Positions 19,094 through 28,471 of a DNA stretch of 64,000 nt are shown piece by piece. A program made the position numbers and the translations under genes. The notes under the pieces are model-generated. The model saw only the letters and a program-made list of their open reading frames with translations, was not told the DNA's origin and did no database searches. The DNA is from Alphaproteobacteria bacterium (lineage in GTDB: Bacteria; Pseudomonadota; Alphaproteobacteria; UBA828): the NCBI GenBank assembly GCA_963422645.2, contig CAXXVO010000009.1:64001-128000 (forward strand), in the 5' to 3' direction. Each line of letters starts with the position of its first letter. Position 1 is the stretch's first letter.

Positions 19094-20981
19094 GTAACTG
19101 CCCAGGTCGTCTGATTTGTCATTTTGGGCCAGTGGATTGAGGCGTTTCTCGTTCGGAGTTGGTGGAAAGGGCTTGACGGGAATTTCGGGAAATGACTCAA
19201 CAACGACATGAGCAATCCCGAGTCGCCGCGCGGCCCTTCGACGGGAGCAGCGCCCGAAACGCCCGCGCAGAAGATCGCCCGCCTGGAGGAGGAGAACGCC
19301 CGGCTTCGGGAGGAAAATGCCTGGCTTCGGCAGCAGAACGCGCGGCTGGAAGAGCAAGTCGCGCGTCTCGTCGAGCGCATCGAGGAGTTGGAGCGCCGTC
19401 TCGGCCTCAACAGCGGCAACAGCGGCAAGCCGCCTTCGAGCGATGGGCTGAGGAAGCCGAATTCGAAGCGGCGAACCCGAAGCCTGCGCGGCAAATCGGG
19501 CCGCAAGCCCGGTGGCCAGCCCGGCCACAAGGGCAAGACGCTGCGCCGCGCCGATCACCCGGATCGGGTGAAGGATCACGTCCCGGCTTCCTGCAAGGGA
19601 TGCGGTTCGCCGCTTTCGGACGCGGCCAGGGCGGGAACGCCCGTCGCCCGCCAGGTGTTCGATCTGCCCGAGCCGAGCCCCCTGGAGGTGACCGAGCACC
19701 GGGCGCATGCCAAGTGCTGCGGGCATTGCGGGACGGTGACCCGGGCGGCGTTCCCCGACGGGGTGTCGGCGCCGGTGCAGTACGGCCCGCGCATTGCCGG
19801 GGTGGCGGTCTACCTTCAGCACGCTCACTTCCTGCCGGAGGATCGGCTGTCGCAGGTGATGGCCGAGCTCTTCGGCGCGCCGGTGACGGCTGCGACGTTG
19901 GCGACGATGAGCGAGAGGGCGGCCGAGCGGCTGCGGGACGCGGCCTTGCACATACAGGACCTGGCGGCGGGCACGGCGCGGGTGAAACACATGGACGAGA
20001 CCGGCTTGCGGATCGGCGGTCAGACGCAGTGGCTTCATGTGATCTGCACGCCGCTGCTGGCGGCGTACCGGGTCAGCGGCAAGCGCGGCGCCCTGCTCTC
20101 GGGTGTCTCCGGCATCGTCGTGCACGATCACTGGAAGCCGTACTTCGCGATGGAAGGGGTGGAGCACGGCCTGTGCAACGCCCATCACCTGCGGGAGTTG
20201 CAGGCGCTGGTGGACATCGAAGGGGAGGCTTGGGCCCGGCGGATGCAGCAGCTCCTGCGCCGAGCCAATCGCGCCGCCCGCATCGCGCTGGACAAGGATA
20301 TCGCCGTTCCGGCGAGGCTTGTGGCGCTGATCGAGCGCCGATACGACGAGATCATCGCCGATGCGCTGGCCTTTCACGAGAGCCAACCACCGTTCTCGCC
20401 TGGCAAGAGGAAGAAGCGCCGGAAGCGAAGGATCGGTCACAATCTGGCCTTGAGGCTGCGCGACCACAAATGCGCGGTGCTCCGGTTCCTGATCGACCTC
20501 GAGGTCGGGTTCACGAACAACGAGGCCGAGCGCGACCTTCGGATGATGAAGCTGCGCCAGAAGATCTCCGGGGGCTTCCGGTCCGCGCAGGGGGCCGAGA
20601 ACTTCGCCATCCTGCGCAGCGTCATCACCACCGCCAGAAAGCAGGGCTGGAATATCATCGAAGCCCTGACCAGCCCATCGGATCGGCTCATCGCCACCGT
20701 CAAGTGCGCGTAAGCTCACCTGGCACGGGTTCTCCAACAGCGGAGCCATTCTCATAAACGATCATGGTCGACGCCGTGCTGGACCACCCCATAGAATGAA
20801 AATCGGTGCCCGTCGCGCGGGCGGACTTCGGGCCACATCGGGGTAGCTTACCGGTCGCAGTCCGCAAGAGGGGCATCGTGAGCTGTGAAACCCGGCGACC
20901 ACAGAGGAGCACACGGGCGTCGCGTGGGTAGCGTTGTGCCGAATCCCAGAGAATTTTCACAGCAAGAACCTGGGCAGTTAC
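19094..20981 (+). mobile_element. IS66-family insertion sequence, single-ORF (ISBst12-like) organisation
   Basis: 14-bp terminal inverted repeats GTAACTGCCCAGGT; 8-bp direct repeats GAGGTTGC at 19086-19093 and 20982-20989; no tnpA/tnpB accessory ORFs. Confidence 0.93.
19208..20713 (+). CDS. IS66 transposase (TnpC-like)
   Basis: Leucine zipper, NSGNSGKPPSSD, GGQPGHKG, CxxC zinc finger, HMDETG, VHDHW, CNAHHLREL, TNNEAERDLRMMKLRQKISGGFRS. Confidence 0.93.
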   Translation: MSNPESPRGPSTGAAPETPAQKIARLEEENARLREENAWLRQQNARLEEQVARLVERIEELERRLGLNSGNSGKPPSSDGLRKPNSKRRTRSLRGKSGRKPGGQPGHKGKTLRRADHPDRVKDHVPASCKGCGSPLSDAARAGTPVARQVFDLPEPSPLEVTEHRAHAKCCGHCGTVTRAAFPDGVSAPVQYGPRIAGVAVYLQHAHFLPEDRLSQVMAELFGAPVTAATLATMSERAAERLRDAALHIQDLAAGTARVKHMDETGLRIGGQTQWLHVICTPLLAAYRVSGKRGALLSGVSGIVVHDHWKPYFAMEGVEHGLCNAHHLRELQALVDIEGEAWARRMQQLLRRANRAARIALDKDIAVPARLVALIERRYDEIIADALAFHESQPPFSPGKRKKRRKRRIGHNLALRLRDHKCAVLRFLIDLEVGFTNNEAERDLRMMKLRQKISGGFRSAQGAENFAILRSVITTARKQGWNIIEALTSPSDRLIATVKCA

Positions 20982-22191
20982 GAGGTTGCCGATCGAGCTC
21001 CTGGTGTAGACGCTGGCGGCGCCGGAGAGGTCCCAGATTGCGCGTGCCGCGTCCATGGCGATGTTGCCAGCGTAGGTCGCGCAGGCGCGGCAGCGGGCGC
21101 GTTCCTCAAGGTTCGGCACGCGGCCCTGCTCGATGGCGATGGCGCTGATCTCGTCGGCCGCCACTCTCAGCAGCTGCTTGGCGGAGTCGGCCGCGCACTT
21201 GGCTTCGGCGAAGCGGATGTGCTGCGAGGCGAAGGCGGAGACCTGCTTCTCCGCCATGATCGAGCCTTTCTTGCGCGCGATCTCGTTGTATTCGGCCACC
21301 ATCTCGAGCGCGATGCCGACTGCGCCGCTGGTGATGCCGCAGCCGAAAATCGGGTAGCTGGGGAGCAGGTAGAGCGGGGTCTCGCGCCAGTGGCCGCCGG
21401 GCGACTCGCCACCACGCAGCGCCTCCATCGAGAGCGCCCGGTGCTCCGGCACGAAGAACTCCTTGAGCTGCACATCGTTGGTGCCGCTGCCGCGCAGGCC
21501 CAGCGCGTGCCAGGTGTCGAGGATCTCGATTTCCTCGCGCCTGATGAGAAAATGCAGGTGGCTCTCATGCTCGCCGAACCTGCCCTCCTCGTAGCCCGAG
21601 ACAATGCACCAGTCGCAGGTGTCCACGCCGGTGACGAAGGGCCAGCGGCCGCTCACCCGGTAGCCGCCGTCGGCCCGCACGTATCGGCCCAGGCTCTGGA
21701 TCAGGATGCCGGCGACCAGGGCCCTGGGATCGTCGCCCCAGACCTCGTCCTGCCCCTCGCGCGGCCACTGGGCCACCATGAAGGGGTGAACGACGTACTG
21801 CACCACCGCCCAGCCGGTCGAGCCGCAGGCCGCGCCGATCCGGGAGACGGCCTCGACGATGTCGCGCAGCGGCCCGCCGGCCCCGCCGTAGGCCGCAGGC
21901 TGCAGGATGCGGGCAACGTCCGACTCCCGGACCATCTCCCTGATCTCGGGCAGGACCGTGCGGTTCTCGCGGGTCTCGTCCCGCCGTTCGCGAAGGGCGG
22001 GCAAAAGGGCATCGAGATCGGCGCGCATGGCTCCCTTTCCTTACTCCACGATGATCGTGAGGGGGTCCGGCGGCGCGCATCATGGCCGTGCCGGCCGACA
22101 GGGACAAGGCTGGGCTGCGGTCCCCGAGCCAGCACACAAACCCGGATGCAGGAGCGGTTTGATTAGCGACCCTCGTGCAATGCGGGTTGCA

Positions 22192-22233
22192 CTTGGACCA
22201 AGCCTTGACCAAGCACGAGGTGGCCGCTATGTC
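22192..22233 (+). promoter_or_regulatory. Putative sigma70 promoter and operator of the phd-vapC operon
   Basis: Palindrome CTTGGACCAAG (22192-22202), repeat CTTGACCAAG (22204-22213), TTGACC-N17-TATGTC. Confidence 0.4.
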
Positions 22234-22273
22234 TTGATGCTCAGAAGCGATAGCACCGTCGCGGGAGATCAAC

Positions 22274-22507
22274 ATGCCTCGGACAGTCAATGTGGCAGAC
22301 GCCAAAGCAAGGTTGTCGCACTTGATTGCGCGTGCGGAGGCCGGTGATGACGTAATCATCGCGCGAGACGGCGTGCCTGCAGCCCGCATCGTGCCCTTGG
22401 AAAGACCTGTTGGCGACACCATCGCTCTCTTGCGGCAGGAACGGGCGCAACGGTCACATGTCACCGCCACGGACATTCGCGCCACCAAGGAGCAGGGCCG
22501 CGCTTGA
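22274..22507 (+). CDS. Phd/YefM-family antitoxin
   Basis: VNVADAKARLSHLIARAEAGDDVIIARDGVPAARIVP. Confidence 0.9.
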   Translation: MPRTVNVADAKARLSHLIARAEAGDDVIIARDGVPAARIVPLERPVGDTIALLRQERAQRSHVTATDIRATKEQGRA

Positions 22508-22908
22508 TGGCGGTCGTCGTGGACGTGTCTATCGCCGCTGCCTGGTGCTTTCCCGATGAGCAGGCCGATGCTGCCGAGCGCGCACTCGACGAGTTGCCGC
22601 GGCTTGGCGGCGTGGTTCCGGGAATCTTCCGATATGAAATTCGCAATGTGTTGGTCGTGAACGAGCGGCGCGGCCGCATCGATCAGGCGGGCAGTGCCCG
22701 GTTCCTGATGCGCTTGCGGGACTTGCGCCTGCTTCAGGACGACGCTCACGACGAGGACACGGTCATGGCGCTTGCGCGCAAACACGGGTTGAGTGCCTAC
22801 GACGCCGCCTACCTGGAGACTGCCCTTCGCCGCGGCGACAGACTGGCGACCCTGGACCGAGACTTGGCGAACGCTGCCTCAGCCGAGGGCGTTGCCCTGA
22901 TCCATTGA
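22504..22908 (+). CDS. vapC: VapC PIN-domain toxin
   Basis: VVDVS, YEIRNVL, LSAYDAAYLETA, LATLD acidic residues; overlaps the antitoxin. Confidence 0.88.
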   Translation: MMAVVVDVSIAAAWCFPDEQADAAERALDELPRLGGVVPGIFRYEIRNVLVVNERRGRIDQAGSARFLMRLRDLRLLQDDAHDEDTVMALARKHGLSAYDAAYLETALRRGDRLATLDRDLANAASAEGVALIH

Positions 22909-23003
22909 TGCCTCGAAGGTATTTTGCATGGCGTCGCCTGCGGAAGATTGTACTCTCCCGGCGCGCGGCGGAGGGCTGAGAGTGAGACCGGAGGGAGATA
23001 GGC

Positions 23004-23729
23004 ATGGGTAAGACGGCGATCGTGATCGGTGTGGGCGCGGGCGAAGGGCTGGGTGCGGCAGTCTGCCGCATGGCGGCGAGCGAAGGGCTCCACGTCTTCG
23101 TCGGCGGCCGCACGGAGGCCAAAGTGGACGCAGTCGCGGACGCGATCAGCGCGGCCGGCGGCCAGGCCACCGCCGTCGTCGCCGACACTACCGACGAAGC
23201 CTCGGTCACCGCCTTCGTCGAAGCGGCGGAAGCACAGGGGCCGATCGATCTCGCCGTGTTCAACGCGGGCAACAACATGCCGGGCAACCCGCTGGAAATG
23301 GAGGCCGACTACTTCGAGACCTGCTGGCGCATCGGCTGCTTGGGCGGCTTCCTGTTCAGCCGCGAGGTGCTGCGCCGCATGGTGCCGCGCGGTACGGGCA
23401 CGCTGCTGCTCACCGGCGCGAGCGCGTCCATGCGCGGCAAGCCCAACTTCGCCGCCTTCACCAGCGCCAAGGCCGGGCTCCGGGCGCTCGGCCAAAGCCT
23501 CGCGCGCGAATTCGGCCCGCAGGGCATTCACGTGGGCCACGTCGTGGTCGACGGCGGCATCGACGGCGAGCGGCTCAAGACCCGCGCGCCCGAGTTCGCC
23601 GCGCGGTTGGGCGAGGGCGGGCTGATCGGGCTGGACGGGCTCGCGGAGTCCTATCGCTTCCTTTACCGCCAACCGCGCAACGCGTGGACGCAGGAGCTCG
23701 ATCTGCGTACCCACAAGGAGCAGTACTAG
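23004..23729 (+). CDS. Short-chain dehydrogenase/reductase
   Basis: GVGAGEGLG, FNAGNN, TGASAS, F.SAKAGLR, AREFGPQGIHV. Confidence 0.88.
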   Translation: MGKTAIVIGVGAGEGLGAAVCRMAASEGLHVFVGGRTEAKVDAVADAISAAGGQATAVVADTTDEASVTAFVEAAEAQGPIDLAVFNAGNNMPGNPLEMEADYFETCWRIGCLGGFLFSREVLRRMVPRGTGTLLLTGASASMRGKPNFAAFTSAKAGLRALGQSLAREFGPQGIHVGHVVVDGGIDGERLKTRAPEFAARLGEGGLIGLDGLAESYRFLYRQPRNAWTQELDLRTHKEQY

Positions 23730-23778
23730 GCCCGCGGCGGCGATTGACAGGGCGGAACAAACGCCGCTTCTTGCCGCG

Positions 23779-24981
23779 ATGTCGCAAGAGCTTCCGCTCG
23801 ACGGCGTCCGCGTCATCGACCTCGCGACCTTCATCGCGGGGCCGTTCACGGCCGCCGTGCTCAGCGAGTTCGGCGCCGAGGTCATCAAGGTCGAGCAGCC
23901 GGGGCTCGGCGATCCGCTGCGCAAGTTCGGCTCGCCCAGCAAGCGGGGCGATGGCTACACCTGGCTCTCGGAGCAGCGTAACAAGAAGTCGGTCACCCTC
24001 GACCTGCGCCAGCCCGAGGGCGCCGCGCTCTTCATGCGACTGGTCTCCGAGGCCGACATCCTGTGCGAGAATTTCAGGCCGGGCACCATGGAGAAGTGGG
24101 GCCTGGGGCCCGACGCGCTCAAGGCCGTCAACCCCGGCCTCGTCATGGTGCGCATCTCGGGCTATGGCCAGAAGGGACCCTACAAGGACCGCCCCGGCTT
24201 CGCCCGCATTGCCCATGCCTTCGGCGGCCTGACGCATCTCACCGGCGTGCCCGGCGGGCCGCCGCTCACGCCGGGCTCCACCTCGCTGGCCGACTACATC
24301 TCCGGCCTCTACGGCGCGGTCGGCGCGCTGCTGGCGCTGCGCAGCCGCGAGGAGGCGGGCGGGCAGGTGATCGACATCGCGCTCTACGAATCGATCTTCC
24401 GCGTGCTCGACGAGATGGCGCCGCTCTATGCCGCCACCGGGTTCGTCCGCCCGAGGCTCGGGCTGATGACCAGCAACGTATGCCCCCACGGGCACTTCGA
24501 GTGCGGTGACGGCGGCTGGGTCGCGATTGCATGCACCAGCGACAAGATGTGGCGCCGCATGGCTGCGGTGCTCGGCCGCGACAATCTGGGCGAGGACGAG
24601 CGCTACGCCACCAGCGCCAAGCGGGTGGAAATCCGCGACGATGTCGAGGCCATGGTCACGGCTTTCACGCTCTCGCTGCCGCGTGACCGGGTGGTGGAGA
24701 CCTGCAACGCGGGTGGCGTGCCGACGTCGCCCGTCTATTCCATCGCCGACATCTTCGAGGACCCGCACTACCAGGCGCGAGGCACCCTGAAAGAGGTCGT
24801 CGAACCGGAGACCGGCGAGGAGGTCCACGTTCCGAACGTGCTCCCCGCCATGTCCGAGACCCCAGGGCGGATCGAGAGTCTGGGGCCCAAGCTCGGCGCC
24901 CATAATGACGAAGTCTATGGCGACCTGCTCGGCCTCTCCGCCGAAGAGCGTAACGCCTTGCACGAGAAGGGCGTGATCTGA
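23779..24981 (+). CDS. Family III CoA-transferase (CaiB/BaiF)
   Basis: PLDGVRVIDL, GAEVIKVE, RNKKSVTLDL, ENFRPG, SGYGQKGPY, catalytic Asp in SLADY. Confidence 0.92.
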   Translation: MSQELPLDGVRVIDLATFIAGPFTAAVLSEFGAEVIKVEQPGLGDPLRKFGSPSKRGDGYTWLSEQRNKKSVTLDLRQPEGAALFMRLVSEADILCENFRPGTMEKWGLGPDALKAVNPGLVMVRISGYGQKGPYKDRPGFARIAHAFGGLTHLTGVPGGPPLTPGSTSLADYISGLYGAVGALLALRSREEAGGQVIDIALYESIFRVLDEMAPLYAATGFVRPRLGLMTSNVCPHGHFECGDGGWVAIACTSDKMWRRMAAVLGRDNLGEDERYATSAKRVEIRDDVEAMVTAFTLSLPRDRVVETCNAGGVPTSPVYSIADIFEDPHYQARGTLKEVVEPETGEEVHVPNVLPAMSETPGRIESLGPKLGAHNDEVYGDLLGLSAEERNALHEKGVI

Positions 24982-25620
24982 ATGAGGGACCCGTGCCGGC
25001 TTTACCTGATCACGCCGCCCGAGATCGAGCTTGAGACGTTTGCGCCCGCGCTTGAAGCCGCGCTCGACGCGGGCGATGTCGCCTGCCTCCAGCTGCGGCT
25101 GAAGGAGGCCGACGACGACACGCTTCGCCGGGCAGGCGAGCGCCTGTTGCCGATATGCCAGGCGCGCGAGGTACCGCTGCTCATCAACGACCGGCCCGAT
25201 CTGGCCGCAAGAATCGGTGCCGCCGGCGCCCACGTCGGCGCCGACGACGCGAGCTACGCGGAAGCGCGCGAGCGCTTGGGCGCGGACGGGATGGTGGGCG
25301 TGAGCTGCTACGATTCGCGCCATCGCGCCATGGAGGCAGCGGCCTCGGGCGCGGACTATGTCGCCTTCGGCGCCTTCTTCCCCACCGAGACCAAGACGCC
25401 GCGCGCGAAGGCGGACCTTCACCTGCTCAAGTGGTGGAGCACCCTGATGGTGGTGCCCTGCGTCGCCATCGGCGGCATCACGGCGGAGAACTGCGGACCG
25501 CTGGTGGAGAACGGCGCCGACTTTCTCGCCGTGATCGGCGGGGTCTGGTCGCATCCGGACGGGCCGGAGGCCGGCGTCAGGGCGATCAACGGCGCCATTG
25601 CCAGCGCGGGGGCGAGTTGA
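24982..25620 (+). CDS. thiE: Thiamine phosphate synthase
   Basis: LYLITP, QLRLK, LINDR, GVSCY, GAFFPTETK, AIGGI; syntenic with efp. Confidence 0.9.
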   Translation: MRDPCRLYLITPPEIELETFAPALEAALDAGDVACLQLRLKEADDDTLRRAGERLLPICQAREVPLLINDRPDLAARIGAAGAHVGADDASYAEARERLGADGMVGVSCYDSRHRAMEAAASGADYVAFGAFFPTETKTPRAKADLHLLKWWSTLMVVPCVAIGGITAENCGPLVENGADFLAVIGGVWSHPDGPEAGVRAINGAIASAGAS

Positions 25621-25654
25621 TATAGCCTGCTGCCTCCCGCCACCGGCAGAACCC

Positions 25655-26221
25655 ATGAAGATCAACGGCAACGCCATCCGCCCCGGCATGGTGATCGAGC
25701 ATCAGAATCGCCTCTGGGTCGCGGTGAAGATTCAGCACACCCAGCCCGGCAAGGGCGGCGCCTACCTCCAGGTGGAGCTCAAGGACTTACGCGGCGGGAG
25801 CAAGCTCAACGAGCGCTTCAGGGCGTCGGAGAGCGTGGAGCGCGCACGCCTGGACCAGAAGCGCTACCAGTACCTCTACGAGGACGGCGACCTGCTCCAC
25901 TTCATGGATCAGGACACCTACGAGCAGACCAGCCTCGCGCGCGACCTGATCGGTGAGCGCATGGTCTTCATGCACGAGGGGATGATCGTCACCATCGAAT
26001 CCCATGAGGGCTCACCGCTCAGGGTGACGCTGCCGGACACGGTGGTGCAGACCGTCACCGAGACCGAGCCGGTGGTGAAAGGCCAGACGGCCGCGGCCTC
26101 CTACAAGCCGGCGCTGCTCGACAACGGCGTTCGCCTGATGGTGCCGCCGCACATCTCCGAGGGCGAACGTGTCGTGATCAACACCGCCGATTCGACCTAT
26201 GTCGAGCGCGCCCGCGACTGA
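25655..26221 (+). CDS. efp: Elongation factor P
   Basis: HTQPGKGGAY (Lys-type tip), KGQTA, YKPA, VPPHI..GE...NT...Y.ER. Confidence 0.96.
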   Translation: MKINGNAIRPGMVIEHQNRLWVAVKIQHTQPGKGGAYLQVELKDLRGGSKLNERFRASESVERARLDQKRYQYLYEDGDLLHFMDQDTYEQTSLARDLIGERMVFMHEGMIVTIESHEGSPLRVTLPDTVVQTVTETEPVVKGQTAAASYKPALLDNGVRLMVPPHISEGERVVINTADSTYVERARD

Positions 26222-26283
26222 CCGCCCCTCCCGCGGGCGCGCCTTGCGTCCGCCCCACACCACTACATGAAGAACGCCACACG

Positions 26284-27081
26284 ATGTCCCGTCGCTCGCC
26301 GCTCGTAACGGTCATGGTCAACGCCGCTTACAAGGCGTCGCGCGACCTGATCCGCGATTTCGGCGAGGTCGAGAACCTGCAGGTCTCGCGCAAGGGGCCG
26401 GCTGACTTCGTCTCGGCCGCAGATCATCGGGCCGAGGAGACCATCGTCGCTGAGCTCCGCCGGGCACGTCCAAAGTTCGGCTTCCTGCTCGAGGAGGGCG
26501 GTGCGATCGAGGGCGAGGACTCCTCCAACCGCTGGGTCGTAGATCCCCTGGACGGCACCACCAACTTCCTGCACGGGCTGCCCCACTTCGCGATCTCCAT
26601 CGGGCTGCAGCGCGACGGCAAGCCTTACGCCGGCGTGATCTACGATCCGGTGCGGGACGAGCTGTTCTGGGCAGAGAACGGCGCCGGCGCCTTTCTGAAC
26701 AACCAGCGGCTCAGGGTCTCGGCCCGGCGCGCGTTGCCCACTGCGCTGCTCGCGACCGGGCTACCCTTCAAGGCACGCGAGCACTACCCGGGCCATCCCG
26801 CCATGGTCCGCCGGCTCGCTGGCGAGACCTCGGGTGTGCGGCGGACGGGCTCGACTGCGCTCGACCTCGCCTACGTCGCGGCCGGACGGCTCGACGGATA
26901 CTGGGGATTCGGCATGGAGCCGTGGGACGTCGCGGCCGGCATCATAATCTTGCGCGAGGCCGGCGGCATCGTCACCGAGGTCGGCGGCGGCGCGGACTCG
27001 ATGACAAGCGGCGACGTGCTGGCCGCCAACGGCCACCTGCACGGCCTGCTGCGGGAGGCTCTGGCCCGAACGGACAGTTGA
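26284..27081 (+). CDS. suhB: Inositol monophosphatase
   Basis: DFGEVENLQVS.KGPADFVS, WVVDPLDGTTNFLHG, PWDVAAG. Confidence 0.92.
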   Translation: MSRRSPLVTVMVNAAYKASRDLIRDFGEVENLQVSRKGPADFVSAADHRAEETIVAELRRARPKFGFLLEEGGAIEGEDSSNRWVVDPLDGTTNFLHGLPHFAISIGLQRDGKPYAGVIYDPVRDELFWAENGAGAFLNNQRLRVSARRALPTALLATGLPFKAREHYPGHPAMVRRLAGETSGVRRTGSTALDLAYVAAGRLDGYWGFGMEPWDVAAGIIILREAGGIVTEVGGGADSMTSGDVLAANGHLHGLLREALARTDS

Positions 27082-27172
27082 GCGCACCCGGCTGGCGGTA
27101 TGGCGCGCCTTGGGCGAAAATGCCGGCGCTTGTGAGACGCGGGCCTCGTGCCCACAAGGGGGACAGCCGGGT

Positions 27173-28441
27173 ATGGACATCATTCTGAAGAACGCTCTCG
27201 TGGCGCACGAGGACCAGCCGGTGCGCGCGGCCGACATCGCCATCGAGGGCGAGCGCATCGTGGCGGTCGAGCCGGGGATCACGGCCGAGGCCGGCGAGAC
27301 GATCGACTGCGGGGGCCGGCTCGTCTCGGGCCCGCTGATCGACCCGCACGTCCATCTCGACGCCGTGCTCACGGCGAACCTGGAACCCAACGTCACTGGT
27401 ACGCTGCATGAGGGCATCGCCCTCTGGGGCCGGCAGAAGAAAATCCGCGACCTGGAATCGGTCAAGGCGCGGGCCAAGCAGGCGATCGACTGGGAGGTCG
27501 CCCAGGGCGCAGGCTTCATCCGCACCCACGCCGACACCTCGGACGAAGGGCAGCTCTCGATGCGCGCCCTGCTGGAGGTCAAGGACGAGGTGAGCGACCG
27601 GGTCGACCTGCAGATTGTGGCCTTTCCCCAGGACGGCATTCACTCGCATCCCGGCGGCCCGGAGCTCTTCCTCCGCGCGCTCGACATGGGGCCGGACGTG
27701 ATCGGCGGCATCCCCCACAACGAGGCGACGCGGGAAGCGGGCGTCGCCAGCCTCAAGCTGATCTTCGACGAAGCGGAGAAGCGTGGCCTCCTGATCGACG
27801 TGCACTGCGACGAGGTCGACGACCCCAACTCGCGCTTCACCGAGGTGATGGCGCACGAGACCTATTACCGCGGCATGCAGGGCCGGGTGACCGCGAGCCA
27901 CTGCGCGGCCATGCACTCCTACGCCAATGCCTACGCCTTCCGCCTCTTCGGCTGGCTCGAGAGGGGCGGGCTCAACGTCATCGCCAACCCCTTCGACAAC
28001 CTGATCCTGCTGGCGCGGGAGGACACCTACCCCAAGCGCCGCGCGATGACGCGGGTGAAGGAGCTGTGGCAGGCCGGGATCACGGTCGGCATCGGCCACG
28101 ATTCGATCATGGACCCCTGGTATCCGCTGGGGCGGGGCGACATGGTGCAGGCGGCGTCGCTCACGCTCCATGTCTGCCAGATGTCCGGCACGGCGGAGAT
28201 CGACGCCTGCTTCGACATGGTGACCTGGAAGAACGCCGAAATCCTCGCGCTGGAGGATTATGGCGTGGCCCCCGGATGCCGCGCCGACCTCGCGGTGTTC
28301 GACGCCGCCAGCAAGGCGGACGTGCTGCGGATCAACCCGGCGTGCACCCACGTCTTCAAGCGCGGCAAGCTGGTCGCCGCGACCGCGCCGGCGAGCCGCA
28401 CCGTGATGGGCCAGGCGGTCGACCTAACGCTCGGCAACTGA
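27173..28441 (+). CDS. codA: Cytosine deaminase-like metal-dependent amidohydrolase
   Basis: DPHVHLD, N.TGTL.EGI, VAFPQDG, DVHCDE.DD, TASHC, GHDSIMDPWYPLG. Confidence 0.85.
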   Translation: MDIILKNALVAHEDQPVRAADIAIEGERIVAVEPGITAEAGETIDCGGRLVSGPLIDPHVHLDAVLTANLEPNVTGTLHEGIALWGRQKKIRDLESVKARAKQAIDWEVAQGAGFIRTHADTSDEGQLSMRALLEVKDEVSDRVDLQIVAFPQDGIHSHPGGPELFLRALDMGPDVIGGIPHNEATREAGVASLKLIFDEAEKRGLLIDVHCDEVDDPNSRFTEVMAHETYYRGMQGRVTASHCAAMHSYANAYAFRLFGWLERGGLNVIANPFDNLILLAREDTYPKRRAMTRVKELWQAGITVGIGHDSIMDPWYPLGRGDMVQAASLTLHVCQMSGTAEIDACFDMVTWKNAEILALEDYGVAPGCRADLAVFDAASKADVLRINPACTHVFKRGKLVAATAPASRTVMGQAVDLTLGN

Positions 28442-28471
28442 GCGCGGCATTCCGGAGAATGGAGAGAAACG

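Larger units (their letters stand above)
18975..22028 (-). pseudogene. Acyl-CoA dehydrogenase-fold flavin-dependent monooxygenase (HsaA/C2-HpaH-like) interrupted by IS66
   Basis: 5' part 22028-20982 (SGRWPFVTG, DTWHALGLRGSGTNDV ... TRSSIGNL) rejoins in frame with 19093-18975 (YTDMMVANQHFTQN...NPTL*) when the IS and one TSD copy are removed, giving about 385 aa. Confidence 0.88.

Noticed and set aside
25655-26221. Unusual EF-P modification system
   Set aside because: Ordinary PGKGG Lys-type EF-P; no epmA/epmB/earP adjacent in this window
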